A stretch of 18,766 nt of DNA, from NCBI GenBank assembly GCA_051362555.1, contig CM120644.1:14263268-14282033 (forward strand). Direction: 5' to 3'. Position numbers and translations under genes: made by a program. The stretch's first letter is position 1. Every line of letters starts with the position of its first letter. Origin of the DNA: Lingula anatina. Lineage: Eukaryota; Animalia; Brachiopoda. This document shows, piece after piece, positions 8,301 through 17,557 of the stretch. Below the pieces are notes generated by a model, which had not been told where the DNA came from, made no database searches, and worked only from the letters and a program-made list of their open reading frames with translations.

Positions 8301-10923
8301 ACATTTTCTTTTGACAGCCTGTTGACATTGTCCTGCCATCTCAGGGAAGACGCAGTAGTGGACGTTCTGGCGAACCTTTATTAGACTTAGAGTCACCTTG
8401 GGGCAGTCCCCCATAACAATTGTGCTTCTTGGGCTTGGCAATCTCATTCAGTTTTGTAGGAGAGGATGATTTGCACCAGTGGATTGACAAGTATTGACAA
8501 TCGACATTTCAGTCACACTAAACTACTGGCATGTTGTACCACACTTATTCTAAGATTGCTGAATTATCATTACTGTCTTAGGAGACCCTAGATCTCTCAA
8601 CCAGAAGAAGAGATACAGCTGTAAATTAGTTATAAGAGAAAACAACCCACTGTTGTGTATTTGGAAAAGATAACCTTGATTAGGCTTGATATTGGAGCTT
8701 GGGCTTGGAGATTCATAACTTGCTTTCACTCCTTTGAAAAGTAACTGCTTTGTTCTTTGTTCCTTTACTGTTGATAATATGATAATAAACACTCCTCTTG
8801 TCATTGTATGTTGCTGACTCTGTTTTAATTATCTTTTAAGAAAGAGAATATAGATATCAAGATTTCACATGTAGGCCTATTTACAAAGCCTTTGAATCAT
8901 TTGAACGCTAAAAGAATGGTTGAGAAATGCAATATATTAACTAGATTATGACATTAGGATGTGATGCAAATACAGTCCAGACAAGGGGCAAAGGAAGTCA
9001 GTACATGTATGGTGTACAGTACCGGACACTAAAGAGGTGTTAATAGTAATCCGTAATTATGCCGTTTCTGTAGCACATCCCACCCTCCTCGATGTTATCT
9101 TGCTAACTACATGTAGACAATAGGCGATCCTATTTAGCGAAGTTTAATTTTATGACTCGTGTTATTTTTATCCGTATAAACAACGAATGACTGTTGAACA
9201 GTTCAAGAATTTTTCAGTATTTTTCCTGCTATTACTGAGAAGAAAAAACAAAATTGTGAATCGAGTTAACAAGAAACCACGGCCGAATCCCGGGGTTAAG
9301 GGACGCGGAAGCAAAGCCGACCCCCCCCCCCCCCCACTCCCTACTGGGCGTTGGGTAAAAAAAAAAAAAGGGCGAACGGTGCCATTTGGTACGGTTAAGA
9401 ACTATGATTCAGCTAGTCTTAATTCCAACAACAGGGGACCAGAAATCTGAATGTCCGACCAAGCAAGTGTAAACATGTCGGTGTGGGACGATTTGGGGTT
9501 ATGCTTAGGCCTATATACCGTACAAATGTACAAGTTAACTTTGTAACTTTTGGTGTTTATAAAATAACATTATTCTTTATACTTACTTCACTTACTAATA
9601 CTTATATTATTTATCAAACTTTTCCTAATATCAAAACGGCAGAAACTACAATGATGTCCATTTACCCTCGCCTGCAGTTCTAAACGCGATTTTTCATTTA
9701 AAAATTGTGTAACGTCATTGAACAGTGCAAATGATGCAATGTCACCTGTGCATGGTAGGTAGTTACTGGATTATACTGAGTCTGTTGGTCCAGACAACAG
9801 ACTCGCCTGTTGGGCTGGACCAACAGACTGGCGAAAAAAGTTAATCCACCGCCTTTTATAGACCCCGGGTTCAAGTGTCCATGAACTTGGCCCATTGTGA
9901 GGCTCTTAATATCGGTGTTGTTTACTTTTCATTTTTAACCAGGAAGCAAAGATTGACTTCACGTTTTTTTTCTGTCTACCTTTATTTGAAGGAATATTTA
10001 ACCTTAGAAAATGTTGAAACGCAAATGGAGTGCTTATACATTTACAGGTATACTATGTTTAGGCCTATATATTTCTGCACATAATTTGTTAATTGGTGGT
10101 TATTATCACTAGGGAATCTCCAAACATGAATCAGTTTAAATTCCTATCAAGCTGAATTAAATTGAAAGTGTTTCTTTCAAGTTAACGCTGTCCCTGGTTC
10201 ATATCTTGTTCTGCTCCTTGACTACTGTCAGAGGCTTAAGGCGTGAATATCACTGTAACACTACCTTTGTTTAACGCACAATTACAGCACAGACATTATC
10301 GGTGGTTGGCTTATGGTGTACAATAGCCTACTAAAGAGGTGTTAATAGTAATCCGTAATTATGCCGTTTCTGTAGCACATCCCACCCTTCTCAATTTTAG
10401 TTTGCTATCTAGTCGATACCCTAAATACTTAGAGAAGTCTAACTTTATGAGTTTTTTTTACCGGTATAAGCAACGTCCGATCATGTGTAATGAACTTACA
10501 GATCACACCAGCAGCATAACAGTGTAAATTTTAACGGAACCTTATTTCTGTAATGTTTGAGTTAATTGGTGGTGGGCAGAGTCTTTTTATTCAATGATGA
10601 TGATAATAACTGTAGAAGTAGTGCTACTTTTAGTCGCACAAAAGCACATTCCTTAATTCTGTGATCTATTTTAGGATTAAGTTCTCGTATGTAAGCCAGA
10701 GCTGTGTTAAGTTATAAGAATGATGTGATTTTTTTCTTCAGGCAACAGCTAATATTGAGAAGATGTCCTGATAGACATCGTAATATTGGAGGTAAAACCT
10801 ATATCAAATATAAGCTGTTGTCTGAAGAAAAAAAATCACATCATTCTTAGGTTCTCGTATAGACCTATTTATTAACTGTACTACCGTTTACTTACCAACT
10901 TTGGACAGCTGGCGAGCAGACAT
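3495..10923 (-). CDS. BEN-domain protein (transposon cargo); predicted exons 10923-10896, 6326-6174, 5832-5732, 5482-5402, 5191-5117, 4877-3495 (about 606 aa)
   Basis: GT-AG exons join in frame: MSARQLSKVD/TFAVVRWQDNTVSG...VRVRVQWKDLGEVEGMVLHTTN/SVSEH...SSEEEEGEVEEEQ/NQTDEEEV...RRKKQVRRQ/DQTGEEEGERPPKKQKTKKKAVGRK/QATR... The C terminus (NFCVKLMGQLFSREE...NVEG...PLDRNRIQYIRNAV...FWAKMVSAMNTANR) fits the BEN-domain pattern. Exons 2-6 are well supported; exon 1 (ATG 10923, GTAAGT donor, matching phase 1) is less certain. Confidence 0.75.
4080..4680 (-). repeat. Coding 33-bp minisatellite (11-aa unit ARPTPPATTST), about 11 well-conserved copies at about 4240-4620 plus degenerate flanking copies
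   Basis: Plus-strand unit GGTCTGGCGGTGGATGTGGTGGCAGGGGGGGTC repeated head to tail with no spacers. Confidence 0.95.
5220..5264. repeat. (TAT)n microsatellite, intronic
   Basis: Directly visible. Confidence 0.95.
5347..5376. repeat. (TA)15 microsatellite, intronic
   Basis: Directly visible. Confidence 0.95.
7609..7659 (-). ncRNA. Candidate 51-nt hairpin RNA, copy A
   Basis: AGTCTGGTGGCATGTCCATCAG-GCGAAT-CTGGTGGCACATGCTTCCAGATT folds by hand into an approximately 22-bp stem (G-U pairs allowed, one mismatch, one bulge) starting at the predicted +1. Confidence 0.45.
7656..7690 (-). promoter_or_regulatory. Core promoter TATATAAA ... GATCGCCAGTC (hairpin unit A)
   Basis: Minus strand reads TATATAAAGCGCTGCTTCTCACAAGATCGCCAGTC; the predicted +1 A is at 7659, 31 nt from the first T. 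Confidence 0.6.
9779..9829 (-). ncRNA. Candidate 51-nt hairpin RNA, copy B
   Basis: AGTCTGTTGGTCCAG-CC-CAACAG-GCGAGT-CTGTTG-T-CTGGACCAACAGACT: a perfect 15-bp stem plus a 6-bp stem, starting at the predicted +1. Confidence 0.5.
9826..9860 (-). promoter_or_regulatory. Core promoter TATAAAA ... TCGCCAGTC (hairpin unit B)
   Basis: Minus strand reads TATAAAAGGCGGTGGATTAACTTTTTTCGCCAGTC; the predicted +1 A is at 9829, 31 nt from the first T. Confidence 0.6.
10715..10849. mobile_element. MITE-like palindrome (arms about 36 bp, TA at both ends)
   Basis: TAAGAATGATGTGATTTTTTTCTTCAGGCAACAGCT pairs with AGCTGTTGTCTGAAGAAAAAAAATCACATCATTCTTA. Confidence 0.65.
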
Positions 10924-11139
10924 CTCCGTGCTATAGATTTCCTCTAGGGATGATAAATTCACTAATGTCAGGTGTTGGTCTCGTATCGGCAGTTGCTGAT
11001 GCTGAGAAAGTACACTGTAAGTGTAAGCTAGTCTGTCCATCATCCCCCATTATATAATCTGCCGCAGGGAGCGTGATTGAAATCAAACTTGGCACATCTT
11101 GACAGTTTAAGTCGGACAAAAGATCTTCAGGTGATACTT

Positions 11140-12130
11140 TTAATTAGAGCTGCCATGTAAGCTAACAGTTTAATTAATGCAACGTACAGGTAAATTGAGA
11201 GTACCGATAAGATCAACTTCTTCCTATCTCTCCATCAGCGTATTTCTTCAGACTGCCTTTATTTTCGACCACTGTTTAACAAGGATAATTATCAATAGAA
11301 TAACATTGTATGGAGAAAGGATTTTTTATTCATTATTTTATTCACGAAAGAATAAGCAAACTGCTCGTTTCAGCAGAAAGATGGGAATATAAAACCATTA
11401 AGTTAAAATAAAGTTCTCAGAAAACTGCTTGCTTAAATCATTCCTTCAAGATACACGTGAACTAAATCTAGATTAAATAAGTTGTATGAATAATGTCATA
11501 AAATAATAATTGCTATATGAATATATGCCAGAAATGTCACTAATTGCGATAAATGAAATACATGTATTCTGATATAAATGCGAAAAAAAAAAAAAAAAAA
11601 AAAAAAGAAAAGAAAAAACAAAAGAAACATCCGCCGGCAGTAATAGGTGCTGGTGACAGCCCGTATCGTATGTATAACTTGAAAGAACAAGCTTACATGC
11701 ACCAAACAAAGCACAATTTAAAAAAAAAAATTGTAAAATATTTTTGGTAATGAAAGCCGGCCAGATTCCATGAAAACATTATATAACCATGCTGGCAGAA
11801 AAATGCAATAAAAACAGATTTGCAAGGTCAGCAAGTAGATGTAGTTATCGATAAAGGTTACATCTGACATAAATGAATTGCAGGAAAAAATGATAAAAAT
11901 TTTCACCACAATCAAAATAAGCCGTAAAGCCAAAATATCACATGAGGACAAAATTACAAGTAAATCGTGGCACTTCTTGACATCTTAAGTCGAACAAAAG
12001 ATTTTGGTCACACGTTTAATCAGAGCTTACCTGCATGGTAAGTTAGATTAATAACTCCAACGTACAGGTAGATTGAGATTTTCGATAAGATCACCCTCCC
12101 ATTTCTCCATCTCCGCATTTCTATAGACCG
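11140..12130. repeat. Diverged direct repeat of about 120 bp (about 11140-11255 and 12015-12130) in the intergenic region
   Basis: Both contain TTAAT.AGAGCT...CAACGTACAGGTA.ATTGAGA...CGATAAGATCA.C...TCTCCATC..CG.ATTTCT...AGAC. Confidence 0.8.
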
Positions 12131-12924
12131 TCCGATAAGATCTAAAGGGCCCTGGCACGTAGATTACACGCAATTACTACAATCGTTGATTATCTTCCTT
12201 AAATGCTTGCTTAAGCTCCGATCATACATTCTTTCGAGTCCATGTTCTTAGAAAATCCTTTTAAAATCCTTTCTACAAGCAGCTATAAAATAAAAACGCC
12301 TGTGCATTTTCTGATCGTTGTGCATTTCAAAATTTCCCAAACCAAAAACATATTAATTGGACAATGTTTGAATGTCTGTGACAAAGTGACAACTTAGGGA
12401 CAGAACATCCGAGAAGGCGTTTTGTTTATTGACTTAGATAGTAGGATGACTGGTTTTGTAGTCTATGATCATTGTGTGGATACATATAAATAATTGTGAT
12501 GGTATAATTATTTTGCCTGCAAGTACCTTCAGTTAAGGAAAATCCTAATCCTTAACTATGCTGTATTTCAATGGCTTAATACAAAAGCATTTTTTATGTG
12601 CTCGCTTCCGAACTGTTTTAAAGGTGTGGTTCATAAGTAAGACATTAATGTTACCAAAGATAACAGGTAAATTCAAATGAAGGTCTTCAAACTAATATGT
12701 AGAATCGTTTAATCCAGTTGCCGTTAGGATATTTTCTAACGAAATTGTAATGACGATAAGTGGGCGTTGATATTCGTCAGAAACCAGATGAGATCGGTGA
12801 TAAGAGATGGTGTGATTAGATAATGGGCGCGTGTTAAATGTTTAAGTCGTTTTAAGAATGGCTGTGGTCGCGAGTTTTTCGCTCCTTCATTACTGCTGGT
12901 GAAGCCATGGAACACGAGGTACTG

Positions 12925-12958
12925 TATAAAAACGCGGAAGGCAGCAGGATCGCCAGTC
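12925..12958 (+). promoter_or_regulatory. Transposase core promoter: TATAAAAA plus initiator-like GATCGCCAGTC
   Basis: TATA starts at 12925; the A of CAGT is at 12955 (30 nt later); the ATG in AAGATGC context is at 12976. Confidence 0.7.
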
Positions 12959-12975
12959 ACTGCCTATTCAACAAG

Positions 12976-15128
12976 ATGCCGTTCAACGAGTATGCTCGCC
13001 AGCGCGCCCTGAAGCTGCGAGAGGCTGGACTTGGTATAACAGCCATCAGGAGACAACTACGAGAGGAAGACGTCACCTGTTCACTAAGCTCGATATACAG
13101 GTAAGTGATTGGGACAGATCTTGCCCTTAGTGGAGCTATGTGTATTTACTCCGGTTTTAGCAAATAAAACTATATCATGAGTGACAGTGAATCTCCTGCT
13201 CTCTTCTTCAATCTCTCTTTTTTTCACCAAGGAACTCCAGACTTATAGTTTTTTTATAGAAATAAACGGATTATATGTAGATTTTCCCTTAAACCGCATA
13301 TTTCTTTTTGTACTAGCTCATTTTCTTTTTGGTCAAACGTTTTCTTTTAATACAACGACGCGTTTACAGAGCACTCTATCCCAATATTGTTTATTCTACA
13401 TGTATACATTGAACTGACAGAATTCGTATCTTTTCTAGGTTTTTTGTAAAACACAATGAAGGGTTTGGCCTTGCTGACCGGCCTAAACCAGGGAAACAGA
13501 CAACATTTACAGATGAGCACAGGGCCATCGTTGATGAAGAGATGGAGGCCAACCCTGAGCTCAGATCACATGAGCTTCGGGATATCCTGAGGGAACGTAC
13601 AGGTAATAATTATGTATTGATACCATTAAAATATTACCGTGGCGACCATCGCGCATCAAACGAAGGAAATGTTAGGAAATCTACTCCTCATTGAGCTAAA
13701 CAAGAGAAAGCACTTGGCACATAGTGGTTAACATACACCGTAATTTGTCAAATTGATTTTTTCATACAGTGAAGAAATAATAAATTATTGACTGAATGTT
13801 CATATAAATACCGCTCTTTTTCGTTCGTTTTAACAGGTCTGCTGGTGTCGTCCAGCGCTGTGCGGAGATTCAGGAAGAAGGTTGGCTGGGTGAAAAGTGC
13901 GAAGGGCTACTGCCAGCTTGTTAGAATTGTGAACCGTCCGAAAAGAGTGAACTGGTGCCGCGAGGCCCTGGCAGTAGAGGACAAGTTTGAGGACGTTGTG
14001 TTTTCTGGTAAGCAACAACCCACAGATCTTCATTAAAAAACCAACATGTACATGTATTGTTGTTTAAGATCTATTACCGGGTATTCCGCTCACTTTGTAA
14101 TCTACATGTATATATATTAGCACCGTTGTTAAAAAGGTACACAAAAATTCTTTCTTTTCTTGAATTTGCCTTTTGAGTTTCAAAATGTGTCTTATTTATC
14201 TTATTTGCGCATTCACTTCAGATGAGTGTACCGTGGAGATGGACACGAATGGTCGATACATTTTTCGGAAAGTTATCAGGGATGAAGACGGCAACGACAT
14301 TAGTCCGCCCCGCCCACTGCGCAGCAAACCGAAGCACCCCTACAAGGTCCATGTATGGGCAGGTGAGACGCTACAGTGAAATGTTTAATACTGTTGTGAT
14401 AAAAAGGGGTTATCTTTGCTTGTTGAAATGTAATGAATCAAAATTTAACAAGTGTAATTTAACACTCCGGGTCTGAAAACTAATTAGCCAAGATTGTGAC
14501 TAGGCTTTTAAAATAAAAGTGCATGTTCATGTAAACTAATGGACTGATATTATCTATTTCAGGCATTTCGCAAAGAGGCGCAACTCCCATCGTGACGTTT
14601 ACTGGCGCCATGAACAGCGAGGCTTACCAGGACATTCTTCGGGACACTCTGATTCCGTTTCTTCAAGAAAGGTAAGCGGAAATCAGCAATTAAAATAATT
14701 AAAGAGTCAGTATCGATTTAGAGTATGCATTGCCAATGTTTGTCCATCAGCTGAAAGTTCTGAAAATAGTAACACTTACGTATCTCTTCTGATTTAACCA
14801 CAGGCTTCCTCTGGGGCACAGGTTCCAGCAGGACAATGCGCCCATGCATACCAGCAGGTCGACGGCCACGTTCTTCGAGCAGCACAACATCAACTGGTTT
14901 AAGACGCCCCCCGAGAGCCCTGATCTGAACCCCATCGAGATGCTTTGGGCTGAGCTGAAGTATTTCATCAGGAACCGGGCGAAACCAAGAACGAAAGATC
15001 AACTGGTGGCTGCAATTGAGGAATTCTGGACAACCGTGGATCAGGCTAAGTGTATTAAGTATATAAACCACATTCAGAAAGTAATGCCCGAAGTAATTCG
15101 TGTCGAAGGCAGAGCCACAGGTTATTAA
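12976..15128 (+). CDS. Tc1-like DD34E transposase, 6 coding exons: 12976-13100, 13439-13602, 13837-14007, 14222-14362, 14563-14671, 14804-15128 (1035 nt, 344 aa)
   Basis: All five introns are GT-AG with compatible phases and no internal stop. The spliced protein has an HTH-like N terminus (ALKLREAGLGITAIRRQL...SLSSIYR), a DRPKPGK linker (GRPR-like), a second HTH (SSSAVRR), VVFSDE (first D), KHPYKVHVWAGIS, FQQDNAPMH (second D) and PPESPDLNPIEMLW (E), with 34 residues between the second D and E. Confidence 0.93.
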
Positions 15129-15262
15129 GTTACTGCCGTGTCTGTCCAGGTATTTTTAGGCTTTGACTTTGTAAATATGTACAATATTGTTTATGTGTTA
15201 TTTTTATGTAAATAGCTGTAGATTTTTTATAGATTATTTATATTTATTCTTTCATGTTGAAG

Positions 15263-15470
15263 GCCAGCAAGGCATGCGGCCCTCATTCCCCCCTTTTTTC
15301 CCGGAGATCTAGCAAGACATGCAGATTCTCTCCCACCCATTTCTTTTTATTTTAAAATGTTTTCCTTTCAATTGTCGTTACTTGTTGGGTCCAGCAAGAC
15401 ATGCGGACCTCATACCCACCCCCCCCCCCCCCTCGGAGATCTAGCAAGACATGCAGATTCTCTCCCACCC
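15263..15470 (+). repeat. Four copies (A-B-A-B) of the same AGCAAGACATGC motif downstream of the transposase stop codon
   Basis: CCAGCAAGGCATGCGGCCCTCAT (15264), GGAGATCTAGCAAGACATGCAGATTCTCTCCCACCC (15303 and 15435), GTCCAGCAAGACATGCGGACCTCAT (15389). Confidence 0.9.
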
Positions 15471-15680
15471 GTTTCGAACATCATACTTGTGTTTGTCACT
15501 TTATCGTTTCTTTTTTCGGCATCGTATTGAACTTTTCGATTAAGGAGACATAAAGATTATTTATATTTATTTTCTTTGTATATACTTTACTCTGTATTTA
15601 TTTTTATACACCAACATTGTATATATGTTATGTTTCATTTACATGTAAATATGTTTCGAATCATTATTTTATTTTACATT

Positions 15681-15720
15681 TATTTATATTTATATTTATA
15701 TTTATATTTATATATATTTA
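15681..15720. repeat. (TATATT)n simple repeat
   Basis: Directly visible. Confidence 0.85.
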
Positions 15721-16904
15721 GTGTAGTTTACAGTTTACAGCTTTACAATAAGGGGGACGATTGAATAGATCTACTCTCCTGTCGCGCCATCACCAGATTC
15801 TGTAATGGAAAGCGCTGCTGCATTTTTCGCAGGTTCGACGTCATTTTCATAACAGCATCCGGTGATGGGACGTCATAAGTGCAGATCTGTTCAAACTCTT
15901 TCTTACTGGTTGGGCATGTATAGATAGTGTATATATTTATCATATGTATGAAATTTTTAATTCAAATTTTTAATTTATAGAGCAGCGCTTAATTCCACTT
16001 TTTCGTGGCAGTGCCTTGGCTATTAGACGGACATGTCTCTGGCTTGGCCTGACTACAGGAACGTGAGTGTTGTTTTTAAATATGCAGATATGGGTAATCT
16101 CATAAAATTCCGCACCACCGGTGCATTCGGGGTATTGTGAAATTACCGTGACCCATTAACACTTAATCACCCTCTGCAGTGTGTCAGAAGGCATGTAATA
16201 CAACTGTAAGGTGAACGGCTATCTATTTCGATGTACAGTTTATAATGTTAAATTCTTAATCTGTAACTCTTATTATTAGCATATAGCCGTTTGTGTTATC
16301 AATCAGGCTCTGCAAAGGTTCTGCAACCTGAGGGTTCCTTCTGATCTGTGTTCTAAACCTATTATTGTTCCCCTGCAGTTATGACAAGTTATTTGCACAA
16401 AGAAATCTAACCTATCATTCCGTAATTTGACGTACGAGTCCATGTATTTTATTGTCGTCGTCTTAAAGTCCAATTGAGTAGTCCGCGCAGCTTCATAATT
16501 AAAAAAAAAAAGAATAACGTGTTTGGATAGATAACCCGGTCCCTGTTGTTCCTCATGATCTAAAAATAATGTTAAAAGGTTAGGGCAAAGCCAGGTTAAA
16601 CTGCAATGAATTATATGTTAAAAATTTATAATAGTGTGAGCATTTCAATGTAATAATTTGAGCTGAAATTGACACCTAGGAAAAACGTAAAATACGCCGT
16701 CTTATTTAGGTTATGTTTCCTTTATTTTCAACATTCAGAATCAACAACACATTGGGATTTTAAAATTTACAACACAATTTACAGCAAAAAAATGTAACTA
16801 TGTGCGCAGCAAAAATGCCTGTTGAAACAATTTTAGGAGTGACATTAAATTGTAACCGAGCCTTGAGAACCAAGACATCGTGAAGAAAGAAAATGCTATC
16901 TTAA

Positions 16905-17220
16905 ACCTAGGTTCCAACTACGTTTTTGACGCACGGTTTTTAGGTTCATTGCGTCCGTCTGGGACGTAGCTAAATCGCAGGGAAGGAATCAAGTAAAGCC
17001 TAGGTTGGGCTGCTTTGTGTGGTCTACGGCCAAAAGATGGGAAAACGTGGGAGTTCGTGCGTGAGGAATACGTCCATCGTGCGACTTTTGGAGGACACAA
17101 ACAGCACGTAGGAACTTTTTGACATGATCCAAAGCCGCTACGTGCGATCTTGCTACGTCCTAACCGGACGCAAGGAACCTAAAAACCGTGCGTGAAAAAC
17201 GTAGTTGTGGGGCCTAGGCT
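16905..17220. mobile_element. Nested MITE with about 65-70-bp TIRs, flanked by TTAA (Kolobok- or piggyBac-type target)
   Basis: CCTAGG...CAACTACGTTTTTGACGCACGGTTTTTAGGTTCATTGCGTCCGTCTGGGACGTAGC pairs with GCTACGTCCTAACCGGACGCAAGGAACCTAAAAACCGTGCGTGAAAAACGTAGTTG...CCTAGG; TTAA at 16901-16904 and 17221-17224. Confidence 0.8.
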
Positions 17221-17524
17221 TTAAATACTATCTGAAGGACGAACACGATGAAAGCGTGCCACATATAGATGAACAATGATTGTGTGCAGTCGGGCAGATA
17301 ATCAGATAAACGGCTGGGACTTGGGGGATGACAATTAAAGCTGTCACTCAGCAGCATCAGTAGTGGGAGAGGTGGTAATTAAGGCTGTCACTCATCACCT
17401 CAAACGAGGCAAACTCAACTTATTTCCCTAAACCCAGCTGACTTACTCTAAGCATTGTGTCCTATTGTGTTTACCCTGTAATTATGTGCAATTTGCGGTA
17501 CGTAAGATTAGGGTGGTTTATCCG

Positions 17525-17557
17525 TATCCGTAATGTCACTTTCTCTGCACAAAACTG
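17525..17557 (-). repeat. Right terminal inverted repeat (33 bp)
   Basis: TATCCGTAATGTCACTTTCTCTGCACAAAACTG followed by TA. Confidence 0.96.

Larger units (their letters stand above)
7560..10470. repeat. Diverged internal duplication: about 7560-8120 plus 9010-9180 versus about 9730-10470
   Basis: Shared blocks include GAAAATGTTGAA...CTTATACATTTACAGGTATACTATGT, ATTGGTGGTTATTATC, CACTGTAACA.TACCTTTGTT.AACGCA and ACTAAAGAGGTGTTAATAGTAATCCGTAATTATGCCGTTTCTGTAGCACATCCCACCCT (about 9028-9086 and 10330-10388). Confidence 0.9.
1722..17557 (+). mobile_element. Giant (15.8 kb) Tc1/mariner-superfamily DNA transposon with intron-containing DD34E transposase and BEN-domain cargo gene
   Basis: 1722-1754 CAGTTTTGTGCAGAGAAAGTGACATTACGGATA is the exact reverse complement of 17525-17557. 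TA lies immediately outside both ends (1720-1721, 17558-17559). CAGT termini plus a TA TSD are typical of Tc1, and a DD34E transposase lies inside. Confidence 0.93.

Noticed and set aside
10909-10935. Fifth TATA...TCGCCAG promoter
   Set aside because: The spacing is only 25 nt with a poor TATA, and the sequence is better explained as BEN coding exon 1.
559-11951. Many short ORFs in the track with poly-Pro, poly-Lys or poly-Phe runs (for example 559-828, 7983-8171, 9187-9450, 11473-11750)
   Set aside because: They arise from homopolymer runs in non-coding DNA and show no recognisable motifs.
12907-12975. Upstream in-frame ATG for the transposase at 12907
   Set aside because: It lies upstream of the TATA/Inr; ATG 12976 gives a typical Tc1 length of 344 aa.
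15303-15338. p53 response element in the CTAG/CAAG/CATG motif
   Set aside because: The CWWG cores do not have the 10-bp spacing or RRR/YYY flanks of a canonical p53 site.
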